From IMG/VR virus record IMGVR_UViG_3300032261_000018, positions 1 to 44,083 of that record: 44,083 nucleotides of DNA; one strand, written 5' to 3'. A program made the position numbers and the translations under genes. Below are positions 7,943 to 17,252 of this stretch, one piece after another. A model generated the notes under the pieces. That model was not told where the DNA came from and did not search any database. It saw nothing but the letters and a program-made list of their open reading frames with translations. Numbering within the stretch: position 1 is the first letter of the stretch; each line of letters opens with the position of its first letter. This stretch comes from a virus (taxonomy: Duplodnaviria; Caudoviricetes).

Positions 7943-8387
7943 GCGCGACTACGCCTTCGAGGCACTCGCCGAAGTCACATCGACGGACTGGACGACAGGG
8001 CGCGGTGAACTGAACGCAGCCCTGAAGTCGATCCAGGCGCAGACCACCGAGATCGAAGACAACTACCTGCTCTCGTGCGAGATCCATGATCGCGCCAAGC
8101 TCTACCGGCAGGTGATGGGCGAAGGCATCCTGCTCACTCCCTCGGCGCTCGCGAAACACTGGCAGCGCGTGGTCGAGCAGGCACCCAAGCCTGCGTACCC
8201 GCACGTTGCCCTCCGAGGGGAAGGGACTGCCCTCAGTCCCGGCGCGTGCGAGACGTGCAACGGGCACAAGATGATCTGGGTCACGGACGAGTCCGTGGCA
8301 CCATGCCCCGATTGCAACTCGCAGGCAAACACCGACTTCTGGCGAGCCGACGGCTCGCGCTTCGTCGCGCTGAGGATCCAACCGTGA
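7935..8387 (+). CDS. replication initiator/helicase-loader-like protein with Zn finger (150 aa)
   Basis: LTPSALAKHW helix motif like phage Rep C-terminal domains; CETC...CPDC; next to the iteron-like repeats. Confidence 0.45.
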   Translation: MSERDYAFEALAEVTSTDWTTGRGELNAALKSIQAQTTEIEDNYLLSCEIHDRAKLYRQVMGEGILLTPSALAKHWQRVVEQAPKPAYPHVALRGEGTALSPGACETCNGHKMIWVTDESVAPCPDCNSQANTDFWRADGSRFVALRIQP

Positions 8388-8596
8388 CCTGCTCGATCTG
8401 CGGGAAGGTCATCAACGCCCAGATCCGTGACATCGCCACGCAGGTCGTGGGCTGGAACATCCCGCGCTCGGAAGGCGGCCAGAACGTCCTCTGGGAGCGC
8501 AAGGAGACAGGCGCGCTCGCGCACGTCATGTGCGTGAAGTTCGGGAGGGCCGCATCTCCCGAGCCGGGCGAGCAGGAAACGTTGTGGAGCGAATAG
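8384..8596 (+). CDS. small Zn-binding protein (70 aa)
   Basis: GTGA overlap; CSIC...HVMC. Confidence 0.65.
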   Translation: MTCSICGKVINAQIRDIATQVVGWNIPRSEGGQNVLWERKETGALAHVMCVKFGRAASPEPGEQETLWSE

Positions 8597-8652
8597 CGGC
8601 CGATGTCGCGCGTATACTGCGAGAGCTTCACGACCCGACGGAAGGAGACGAG

Positions 8653-9264
8653 ATGACTGTCGCCCCCCAAGCTGAGGTCGAGATCGTCCACGGGACGATT
8701 GTCGGCATCACCCAGAAGGGCGCGGACAAGTGGCAGGTCGCTGTCCAGCAGCCCGGCTCGCAGTACGCGAAGAACCTGTGGTCGAAGGACGCGGGGCTGA
8801 TCGGTCAGCTCTCGCTGATGATCGGGCAGGAAACGAGCTTCATGTGCGGGATCTCGAACTGGACGAACCAGTCCGGGCAGCCGGTGCGCTCGCTCTGGAT
8901 CAACGGCGTCGGTGCCGGTGGGACGCCCGCGCCGCAGCCCATCGCCACGCCGCAGCCAATCCCCATGCCGACGCCGCAGCCGATCCTGCCAGCAACTCAG
9001 CAGCCAACGGTCGTGACCGTCTCTCCGGCGGTTACGCAAGCGGGCGTTACGCAGCAGCGCGTCCTCGAGTCTGAGCGCGAGACGAGGATCATGCGGCAGA
9101 CGGCTTCCAAGGTCGCGGGCATCCTCATCTCGCACGTTCCCTCGGAGCAGCGCACGCTGGAGAACGTGCTCGACATCGCCGAGCGGCTCGTGGCCTACTA
9201 CGAGCACGGCGTCGGGTGGCAGCAGGACTCCGGGCCGATGCCCGACGACAGCATCCCCTTCTGA
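8653..9264 (+). CDS. SSB-like single-stranded DNA-binding protein (203 aa)
   Basis: OB-like N-terminus, P/Q linker, acidic DDSIPF C-terminal tail; CCCGACGGAAGGAG SD. Confidence 0.6.
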   Translation: MTVAPQAEVEIVHGTIVGITQKGADKWQVAVQQPGSQYAKNLWSKDAGLIGQLSLMIGQETSFMCGISNWTNQSGQPVRSLWINGVGAGGTPAPQPIATPQPIPMPTPQPILPATQQPTVVTVSPAVTQAGVTQQRVLESERETRIMRQTASKVAGILISHVPSEQRTLENVLDIAERLVAYYEHGVGWQQDSGPMPDDSIPF

Positions 9265-10160
9265 TGCCTGATCTCGACGCCTTCCTCGGAAGGGTCGATC
9301 AAGTCCGGGGGGAGGATGGTTCGGCCCGTCACAAGGACAACCTCCTCCTCTCGGATCACTTCCATCACCTGAGCGCGTCCTCCATCGGGATGCTCATGCG
9401 CTGCCCGCGTCAGTTCCAGCACCGCTACCTGCGCGGCGAGAAGGAGCGGCCCGGAGGGAACATGGTCATCGGCTCCTTCTTCCACGAGACGCTGGCCTGG
9501 AACTACGCGCAGAAGATCGACTCGCACCGCGACCAGCCGATCTCGGACGCGATCCAGTACCTCCACGATGTCGCCGTCCCCAAGGTGCTCGAAGAGGAGG
9601 GCGGCGAGGAGAACATCGTCTGGGACACGACCGTCGAGGACGCACGCTCGGACGCCGAGCGGATCACGAGCGCGTACTACCGGCAGGTCGTGCCGCGCAT
9701 CCAGCCGCAGGCCACCGAGGGCCGCTTCGAGATCCAGATTCCCGGCGTTGAGGTTCCCGTCATCGGCTACATCGACGTTCAAGAGACGAACCGTGTCATC
9801 GACACGAAGACCGGCAAGCAGGCGTCACGCAAGGTCAAACCCTCCTGGCAGCTCCAGGGCCGCCTCTACTCGTTCGCCTCCGGGAAGCCGACCGAGTACC
9901 ACTCCATCTCGCGCGCGAAGACGCCGACCATCGTGACCGCGCTCGAATCCTCGGAGATGGTCGTCGAGATCCCGACGAACTCGCAGATGGAGAACCTCAC
10001 GCATCTCGTGCAGACATCCGCCGCGCTCATCCGCATCTTCCTGACCCAGTTCGGCCTCGACGAGGAGTGGCCGACCTGGGGTTCGATCCCGGACTTCTCG
10101 CGCAACATCCTGCCCTGCGACTTCTGCGGGTGGAGGCAAGGCTGCCCGGCCTGGACATGA
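9264..10160 (+). CDS. PD-(D/E)xK exonuclease, RecB/Cas4-like (298 aa)
   Basis: LSASS..RCPR, G..FHE, GYIDV, IDTKTG, Q..LY, CDFC....C cysteines. Confidence 0.85.
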   Translation: MPDLDAFLGRVDQVRGEDGSARHKDNLLLSDHFHHLSASSIGMLMRCPRQFQHRYLRGEKERPGGNMVIGSFFHETLAWNYAQKIDSHRDQPISDAIQYLHDVAVPKVLEEEGGEENIVWDTTVEDARSDAERITSAYYRQVVPRIQPQATEGRFEIQIPGVEVPVIGYIDVQETNRVIDTKTGKQASRKVKPSWQLQGRLYSFASGKPTEYHSISRAKTPTIVTALESSEMVVEIPTNSQMENLTHLVQTSAALIRIFLTQFGLDEEWPTWGSIPDFSRNILPCDFCGWRQGCPAWT

Positions 10161-10822
10161 CGCTAGCGCCGTTCGTAGACCCCTCCATCCACGGCATCGA
10201 CGGCAAGCCGGTGGCGCTCGCGAGGATGTGCGTCGCGCCGGGCTGCATCTCCGTTGCCCAGCAACGCCATCACCTGTGGCCTAAGAGCTACCTAAGAGGC
10301 CAGCCGCAGGAGTGGGTGAGCGTGCTCGGAGGCGTCCTGGCGAACTCGGTCGGCCTCTGCATCCGCCATCACGCGGAAGTGACCGGCACCCTGGGCGGCC
10401 ATGTGTCGAAGATCGTCTTCGCCCCCAGGCTCCGCATCTTCGAGTGGTGGGAGCGGGTGGACGACCGCGAGTGGATCAGCCGAGGCCCGCTCAGAGGTCA
10501 GGCTCTAGTCGAGCCTGAGCCGGAAGCTCGCCGCGTCCGTCGCGAGGAAGGGCTGTGCCCTACCTGCGGCCATGTCATGCGTGAGAAGCTGAAGACAGAG
10601 AACGGGCTGCCGAAGCGAGCGGCGAAGACGTGGAGTCTGCTGGTGCCCAAGGACACGGAGGACGGTGCGGAGATCCTGGACGTGTACGTGGAGGATCTCG
10701 CCGTCCTGATGGGCCTCAACCCACAATCGCCGAGGCTCCTGCGCTACCACGTCCTCGTTCCCGTGCTGGAGTGGGTGAACCAGAAGAAGAGCGAGTTCAT
10801 CGCGGACTGGGAAGAGGCGTAA
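10157..10822 (+). CDS. HNH-like endonuclease with extra Zn finger (221 aa)
   Basis: CVAPGC..RHHL..N..LCIRHH; CPTCGH. Confidence 0.6.
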   Translation: MTLAPFVDPSIHGIDGKPVALARMCVAPGCISVAQQRHHLWPKSYLRGQPQEWVSVLGGVLANSVGLCIRHHAEVTGTLGGHVSKIVFAPRLRIFEWWERVDDREWISRGPLRGQALVEPEPEARRVRREEGLCPTCGHVMREKLKTENGLPKRAAKTWSLLVPKDTEDGAEILDVYVEDLAVLMGLNPQSPRLLRYHVLVPVLEWVNQKKSEFIADWEEA

Positions 10823-10861
10823 GCTCCTAGAGGAGTGCCTCCCCCAAGGCGCTCTCCCCAC

Positions 10862-10891
10862 AGAGGGCGGTTGTATCCACAGCCGCCCTCT
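10862..10891. terminator. Hairpin between the convergent early and late arms (bidirectional terminator candidate)
   Basis: AGAGGGCGGTTGT-ATCC-ACAGCCGCCCTCT. Confidence 0.65.
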
Positions 10892-10894
10892 CCC

Positions 10895-11941
10895 TTACGG
10901 GAGGATGCGACGCACGGCGACGGGCTTCCCGAGGTTCTGGAGCGGCTGGTACTGCACCACCGTCCCCGTGTGCGGCGCTGCGATGACCTGCCCGTTGCCC
11001 ACGTACATGACGACGTGGCCGGGGTTGGAGGCCGTGCCATCCGACCCGGCGTAGAAGAGGAGATCCCCGGGCTGCATCGGCTGGCCGGTGACGTTCTGTC
11101 CCACCTTCACCTGTTGAAAAGTGGTGCGCGGGATGTTGATTCCGACCTGCTTGTACGCCCACTGGACGAGGCCGGAGCAGTCGAAGCTCTTGCCCGGTGA
11201 CTCGGAGCCGAAGACGTACGGCTTGCCGATCTGTGTAGAAGCCGCGTGGATAAGTGGGTTCACCTGCGCCGAGGGCGGGTCTTGCAGATGGCCGCCCGGC
11301 GAGACGACGCCCTGCGACTGCACGAGTCCCGTCGGGAGCTGCTTGAGCGGCGACTGCACGTAGGACGCCTGCTGCATCTGCGGAAGCTGGGTCAGGTCGA
11401 TGCGCCCACCGCCGAGCGCGAAGGCGTTGAGCATGTTCTGGTGGTAGAGCGACTGCGAGAACTGTGGCGGCCCCATGACCATCGGCAACTTGCCCGACTG
11501 CGGGAGCGGTACAGAAGGGGTGGCTCCCTGCTTGCCGTAGGCCGCCCAGGCCCGCGCAGCTTCTCCGCTGGGATCGGCCGGGCGCTCGAAGTTCCTGACG
11601 ATGGAGCTGACCGCAGCCTGTCCCTGGAGGCCGCGTGCCGCGTTCATCTGGCTGAGCGCGTAGTCGATCCCCGGCTGGCTCCAGGCCCAGGCGTTCGATG
11701 CCTGCTGGTTGCCGACGAAGCGCGAGGGCATCGCGCCGCCCCAGTGGAGCTGGAAGGGGCCGAAGCTCGTGCCCTGATCGCCGATGGCTCCGCTCAGGCC
11801 CTCCTGCCCGGCCACGGCGAGCACGGCGTTGGGATCGAGGCCGAGTGCGCCAGCTCGCTGCTGGATGTAGCTGCGCCCGGCCGCAGGGGTGAGCGACTGG
11901 ATCAGGCTCATCGCGCCCTGGCCGAGGCTAGTGGCCGCCAT
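10895..11941 (-). CDS. virion-associated peptidoglycan hydrolase: lysozyme-like N-domain + NlpC/P60 C-domain (start 11941 or 11911)
   Basis: AVAGQEG..GDQGTSFGPFQLH; GKPYVFG..FDCSGLVQWAY..GHV.MYVGNG. Confidence 0.85.
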   Translation of the reverse strand: MAATSLGQGAMSLIQSLTPAAGRSYIQQRAGALGLDPNAVLAVAGQEGLSGAIGDQGTSFGPFQLHWGGAMPSRFVGNQQASNAWAWSQPGIDYALSQMNAARGLQGQAAVSSIVRNFERPADPSGEAARAWAAYGKQGATPSVPLPQSGKLPMVMGPPQFSQSLYHQNMLNAFALGGGRIDLTQLPQMQQASYVQSPLKQLPTGLVQSQGVVSPGGHLQDPPSAQVNPLIHAASTQIGKPYVFGSESPGKSFDCSGLVQWAYKQVGINIPRTTFQQVKVGQNVTGQPMQPGDLLFYAGSDGTASNPGHVVMYVGNGQVIAAPHTGTVVQYQPLQNLGKPVAVRRILP

Positions 11942-14900
11942 ACCTGGCCTGCTGCTGGGCAGCGGTCGCGGCATCGACCCGGAACGGGCCACGGAAGGCG
12001 CGGATCAGGTTGTGCAGGAAGTCGTGCTGCGCGTAGATGTTCGAGGGCGTGTGCCCGACGTAGGGCACGTACGGACGCGCGAGCGTGGGCAGCGGGAGAT
12101 CGCCTTGCAGGATCTTGACCGGCCCCGATGCCTTCCCGAACTTGGTCTGCCCCTGCCCGAGGTCGAGTCCGAGCTGCACCAGCGGCATCAGGTAGTCCGT
12201 CGGACGCTGCGTTCCGAACACCGGCTTCTGCCCGAGGCGCGAGATGGAGTCGAGGATCTGGAGGCCAGCCTGGATCGGAGCGACGGAGCCGACCGGCCAG
12301 TAGCCCATCGGCGTCTGCGTGTAGCCCTCCATCCAGCTCGGCAGTCCCGGCCTGGGGCCGTAGAGCGTGGGCGTCGCGCGGTCGGCTGCGAGTCCTGCCG
12401 CGCCCGTCAGCGCGCCCGTGATCGGGCGCTCGCCCGCGTACAGGAACGGCCACTTGGTCGATGCCTTCAGGAACGGGTAGAGGAAGACCGTCCGCGTCAG
12501 GTACGTCCTCTCGAACGGCGTCATCGAGTCGAAGTCGAGCATGAGCTGCTCCGTCTCGTCGCGGATCGAGTTGAGCGTGCGCTTGGCGTCGAGCTGGCGA
12601 CGGACGACGCGCCGCTCATAGCGTGAGAGATGCGCGTACCGGCCCTGCTTGTACTCGGTATCGAGCAGGCCCCTGCCGACTCCCGGCCTCGTCTTCAGTC
12701 CTTCGCCCGTCCTCGTGATCCCCGCCGCGTCGTCGATGAGCCTCTGCATCTGCGCGTCGGTCGTGATCCCGCGCTTGCGTGCGACCTGCTTCCAGACGGC
12801 GACGCGGAAGGAGTCGTCAACGAAGCGTCCGGCACGCCTGCCGACGTTCCCCCAGCCGTGGGTAATCATCTCGGCGACGCGCCCAGCCGTGCCCGGAGGG
12901 CGGTCGCTGAGCATGTTGTAGACGCCTCTGATTCCTGGCTTGCGCTCGCCGAAGATCGTAGGACGGCCAGTCACCGCACCGGCAGTCGGGCCACGACCGG
13001 CCTCGGTGGCGATGCGATGCCAGAAGGGATCGCCTGCGTCCTCGCGGTACACCGACTTGATCGCCTGCTGGAACGACCAGGGAAGATCGCGCAGCGAGCG
13101 CGGATCGGAAAGCAACTGCATGGCGAGGTTGCCGACGATGTTCGCTACGTAGAAGCCGGGGTTCGCGTACAGGAGCATCGCGCGTGCCGAGTTGAGCGCG
13201 GCATCCCAGATCCTCTGCCCCGTGGTCAGGGGCGTCGTCGTCGCTCCCGGCGTCCTCCCGGTCGCGTGCTTGAAGAGCGAGTCCGTGGTCTGTCTGTCCA
13301 CGAGGTAGAGCTGCTCGCGGCTCTTCCATGCCTGGGTCGCGAGCTGTTGCAGCTCGTCCTCGTTCCCGGCGAAGTGCGAGTTGAGGTTGTCCCTGATCGC
13401 GTTCTGCACCGAGATCGGGTTGTCCGAGGCTTCGAGCGAGTCGAAGAGCGGCTTGTCGATCCCGCGCCCGGTCTTCTTCATCACGTACTGCGTCTCGGGA
13501 TCCCAGAGATCGACGCCGGGGCGGAAGGGCACGCCCAGCTCGGCGATGGCCTCACGGAGCTGGTTCGCGCGCGCGAGCATGACCATGCGGCTCATGTGCT
13601 CGACCAGATGCCGGGGGTCGGCGTCGATCATCCCCGAGCGCACGAGCGCGAGCCTGTTGCGCTTGAAGAGCGGCTCGCGCGGCTGCGTGAGATCGCCGAT
13701 GGCACGAGCTGCTCTCGGGATGCCCTTCGTCCCGCGAGCGCCTGTGACGTTCGCGCGGTAGGCGCGGTCGGGGATGAAGATGTCCGGCTCGCGGCGCACG
13801 AATAGCTGGTCGAAGACCTGGCGGACTTCGGGCGTGACGGACGGGACGTTCGTCCCCTCGCGCCGCCAGATCGCCGTGATCCACTGGGCGATGGCCTTGA
13901 AGGCCGGTACCAGCTCGGGTGTGGGCGCGATCCCGTCGCGGGCGTAGCTCTCGAAGGCGCGTGCGTAGTTCTCGTGCATCATGTTCGTCCACGCCTCGAT
14001 GGGCCTGCCCTCGGCGTAGTGAGCGGCGATGACGTTGAAGTCCTCTGCGGAGAGGTCGTGGAGCGAGATGTGCGCCAGCTCGTGAACGACGGTCGAGGCA
14101 TCTGCGCCCTCGAACAGGTGCATGAGCGTGTTCCCGTTCGCGAGTAGCTCGGTCGCGCCCTTCGGGAGCGCGTTCCAGTCGGGCTGGCGCTGGTAGAGCG
14201 AGCGCGGTTCGAGCGCGTTCGCCTCCGCTTCGGGCGTCATCTCCCACGTCCAGCCCGGCATCTGCCCGGCAGCCTGCTCCTCCAGGTCGAGGCCGGAGCG
14301 GTAGTGGCCTGAGTAGGCGTCCCTGACGAGCTGGCCCTCCGCTCCCATCTCCGCGTTCAGGAGCCGGGGGATGTCCTCGTTGTACATCTGGTAGGAGCGG
14401 CCACCCATGAGCTGCGGGTTGTCCTCCATGAACTTGGTCACGTCCTCGGCGTCCCCGCCAGCGTGCTCTGCCCAGTTCCCTGCCTCGCGCGTCCAGGGGC
14501 CGCTGGCGTTGCGGACGAGCTGCGTCTCGCGTGGGATGAGCACGATCTCGTTCACGCCGTTCTCGGTGGCGTAGCGCGTCAGCCAGCGGATCGCCGAGTT
14601 CGCGTAGCTCGACCTCGCGCCCAGGCCGCGCCCGAGCGGCGGATACGGGTAGGCCGGAACCTTCCCCTTGTTCAGCTCGGTCATCGCGCCCAGGTGGTGC
14701 TTCAGCTCGCGCTCTGCTTCCTCCACGTCGGCGACGTGGGAAGCGAGCTGCTGCTGGCGTTCGGCTGGCGTCAGGTACTCGCCCGTCTGCATCTCCAGCC
14801 GGTTGATCTCGGCCTTCGCGCGCGAGAGCGCCTGGACTGCGCCCTGGCGCATCGCCGAGTAGGACTCGTGGAAGCCAGCGTGGTAGTCGAAGCGGTTGGC

Positions 14901-17249
14901 CTCCTCGTCTGTCAGCTCCGGCGAAGGCAGCTTGTTCGCGTTGCGGCGGAAGTCGCTGACCCAATCTGACTGGATCTCCTCGATCAGGAGCTTGTGGACG
15001 CCGCCTTCCTCGAAGTCGTGGAAGCGGAAGTGGACGGCCACGTTGTCACGCCCCCAGTGGCCGTAGCCTGTCCCCGAGTAGCTCTCGGGATGGGCTGGCA
15101 TCTCCAGCACGACCTCGTGGTACTCACCCAGCGCAGGATCGCGCGAGACGTAGGTGCCCATCTGCTCCAGGTAGTCGTACTTCGTCCCCATGCCGACCTG
15201 TTCGGCCTCGGGCGTGTTCACGAGATGGACTTCGCGGATCCCGTAGGTGTTGGTCGGGTTCGCGAGGAACTCCTGGAACTCGGCCTTGGTGATGACCTGG
15301 TTGCGGTCGAACTGCCCGAAGAAGTTGTCCAGGTTCGCGTTGCGGTAGTTCTCCTCCGGGATCGCCTTCCGCACCACCGCCTGCATCTGTCCTGCCTGCG
15401 CGCGCTCGGGGAGCTGATCGACGCTTCGCTGGAGCGGCGAGTAGTAGAGATCGTTCGGGTTGGGCGTGGCACCGCTCTCGAAGACCGCCTGCTCGCCCGG
15501 CCCCCAGTCGCGGGTCGGGGTCGTCATCAACTGCTGGTACTGGGCGGCGACATCGCGGCCCACGAACTCCGCAGCTCCCTCACCTTGCGGTGCTCCGATG
15601 GCGTCGGCCCAGTAGGAGGCGGGGTCGGCCGGTCGCGCGGCCCATGCCCTCGTGTCGATCAGGTTGGTGAGATGGTTGGCCTGGTCGATCCCGAGCTTCT
15701 GGGCGAACTCCTGGTAGCGAGCCTGGCGCACGGGGGACGTGCGAAGCTCCGAGTCCCCGAGCGCCTGCGAGAGCCGCGAGCGCGAGCTGGCGAACATCGC
15801 CTCCAACTGCGGCCCCTTCTCCTTGAGCTGCTGCTCCATGATCCCGATGTGCTCGTGCAGGGCTTCCGCCTCCGGCGAGTCCACCGGCAACATCTGGAGC
15901 TTGTCGTAGGCGCGGCCGAGGTCGTTCTTGAGCGACGAGAAGCCTTCGTTGTCGCGGATCACCTGCTCCACGAGCTTGGTCGTGTCCTGCATCGCCCCGA
16001 GCGCCTTCTCGTACTTCGGCGACATCCCCGTCTCCGGGAACTTGGCCTCGTTCGCCTTGGCGACGGAGATCGCGTCGTTCAGGTTCTTGAGCACGAGCGG
16101 CCCGAAGCCCTGTCTGCGCGCCGCCTGGATGAAGTTGTGGAACTCGGGGTCGAGCGGCACGCCCTCCGCGTTCACTCCCGCCAGCTCTTCCGGCGTCTTC
16201 GCGTACTCGCCCGAGAGCCAGTCGTGCAGGCGTTGCAGCGCGGTCGAGGAGCTGTCCCCGAGCTTCGATCCCCAGAACAGGCGCGTGCGCTGCTCCGGCG
16301 AGAGGTCGTTGATCGCGGACGCATTGTCCGGCACCGCGAGCAGGCGGTCGTAGGCGCGTGAGAGCTGCGCGGCCTTCGCACGATTGACCCTCGTGGCTGC
16401 GCCGAAGAGGTTGGCGTCCGGGTTGTCCATCGAGTACTGGTCGAGCGCCTGCTGGAAGTAGCGGCGTAGCGGCGAGGCCGAGTACTCCTGGAGCGCGCGG
16501 TTTACCGTGCCCTCCGGCGTCGTGTACTCGATGGCGCGCGGGCGCACCGCGCCCTCGCTGACGAGGCCCGGACGGTTCGCCTCCTGCCACAGGTTCCTGA
16601 CGTTCGCGAGCGGCGAGTCAGCCGTCAGCAGTCCTGCGTCGGCGAGACGGCCTGCGGCTCCAGCGGTGGCTGCCGCGCGCGCACCGAAGCCGAGCACGGC
16701 GGTCGCGTCGAGCAGGGTCGAGAGCGACTCGGGCGCGGCGTACTGTCGCCAGTTCGGCCCGTAGCGGTTCGCGTAGTCCTTGGCCGTCGAACTCAGCATC
16801 GCCGTGCCGAAGTCGCCCAACTGCTTGCCAACGTCGTTCATCGACTTGTGCTGGATCAGCGTCTCGTAGGCGATGTTCGCGGGCGAGAACTGGTAGCCGA
16901 GCTGGCCGATGCCACGGATCATCCCCATGCCCTGCTGCACGACAGAGCCGGGGTGGAAGAGCGCCTCCAGCGGTGAGGCCCCCACCGACTCCAGGACGCG
17001 GCCGACCGCCTGGACGTAGGGGATGCCCGACTTCTCCAGCGCCCACCCGAGAGGGCTGCCGAGGAAGCCAGGGTCAGCGCCGAAGATCTTGCCGCTGGAG
17101 GGCGCGGCTGCTCCCGGCCCGATTGCGCCGAGGGGAGCCGATGGGCCGCCGCGTACGTCGTACGTCGGCCCTGCGGAAGGCGGGGGCGCGGGACGCGCCG
17201 TTCCGCCGCCGCCACCACTCGAACCGCCCCGAGTGTCGTAGACCGGCAT
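11928..17249 (-). CDS. large internal virion/ejection (polyvalent-type) protein (1773 aa)
   Basis: Position after the tail genes; HFRF...IEEIQSDW domain; STVVHELAH..ENYARAFE zincin motif. Confidence 0.75.
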   Translation of the reverse strand: MPVYDTRGGSSGGGGGTARPAPPPSAGPTYDVRGGPSAPLGAIGPGAAAPSSGKIFGADPGFLGSPLGWALEKSGIPYVQAVGRVLESVGASPLEALFHPGSVVQQGMGMIRGIGQLGYQFSPANIAYETLIQHKSMNDVGKQLGDFGTAMLSSTAKDYANRYGPNWRQYAAPESLSTLLDATAVLGFGARAAATAGAAGRLADAGLLTADSPLANVRNLWQEANRPGLVSEGAVRPRAIEYTTPEGTVNRALQEYSASPLRRYFQQALDQYSMDNPDANLFGAATRVNRAKAAQLSRAYDRLLAVPDNASAINDLSPEQRTRLFWGSKLGDSSSTALQRLHDWLSGEYAKTPEELAGVNAEGVPLDPEFHNFIQAARRQGFGPLVLKNLNDAISVAKANEAKFPETGMSPKYEKALGAMQDTTKLVEQVIRDNEGFSSLKNDLGRAYDKLQMLPVDSPEAEALHEHIGIMEQQLKEKGPQLEAMFASSRSRLSQALGDSELRTSPVRQARYQEFAQKLGIDQANHLTNLIDTRAWAARPADPASYWADAIGAPQGEGAAEFVGRDVAAQYQQLMTTPTRDWGPGEQAVFESGATPNPNDLYYSPLQRSVDQLPERAQAGQMQAVVRKAIPEENYRNANLDNFFGQFDRNQVITKAEFQEFLANPTNTYGIREVHLVNTPEAEQVGMGTKYDYLEQMGTYVSRDPALGEYHEVVLEMPAHPESYSGTGYGHWGRDNVAVHFRFHDFEEGGVHKLLIEEIQSDWVSDFRRNANKLPSPELTDEEANRFDYHAGFHESYSAMRQGAVQALSRAKAEINRLEMQTGEYLTPAERQQQLASHVADVEEAERELKHHLGAMTELNKGKVPAYPYPPLGRGLGARSSYANSAIRWLTRYATENGVNEIVLIPRETQLVRNASGPWTREAGNWAEHAGGDAEDVTKFMEDNPQLMGGRSYQMYNEDIPRLLNAEMGAEGQLVRDAYSGHYRSGLDLEEQAAGQMPGWTWEMTPEAEANALEPRSLYQRQPDWNALPKGATELLANGNTLMHLFEGADASTVVHELAHISLHDLSAEDFNVIAAHYAEGRPIEAWTNMMHENYARAFESYARDGIAPTPELVPAFKAIAQWITAIWRREGTNVPSVTPEVRQVFDQLFVRREPDIFIPDRAYRANVTGARGTKGIPRAARAIGDLTQPREPLFKRNRLALVRSGMIDADPRHLVEHMSRMVMLARANQLREAIAELGVPFRPGVDLWDPETQYVMKKTGRGIDKPLFDSLEASDNPISVQNAIRDNLNSHFAGNEDELQQLATQAWKSREQLYLVDRQTTDSLFKHATGRTPGATTTPLTTGQRIWDAALNSARAMLLYANPGFYVANIVGNLAMQLLSDPRSLRDLPWSFQQAIKSVYREDAGDPFWHRIATEAGRGPTAGAVTGRPTIFGERKPGIRGVYNMLSDRPPGTAGRVAEMITHGWGNVGRRAGRFVDDSFRVAVWKQVARKRGITTDAQMQRLIDDAAGITRTGEGLKTRPGVGRGLLDTEYKQGRYAHLSRYERRVVRRQLDAKRTLNSIRDETEQLMLDFDSMTPFERTYLTRTVFLYPFLKASTKWPFLYAGERPITGALTGAAGLAADRATPTLYGPRPGLPSWMEGYTQTPMGYWPVGSVAPIQAGLQILDSISRLGQKPVFGTQRPTDYLMPLVQLGLDLGQGQTKFGKASGPVKILQGDLPLPTLARPYVPYVGHTPSNIYAQHDFLHNLIRAFRGPFRVDAATAAQQQARYGGH

Positions 17250-17252
17250 GGC

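Noticed and set aside
9264-10160. Cas4-like gene as evidence of CRISPR-Cas
   Set aside because: Stand-alone phage exonuclease beside an SSB-like gene; no other cas genes or array
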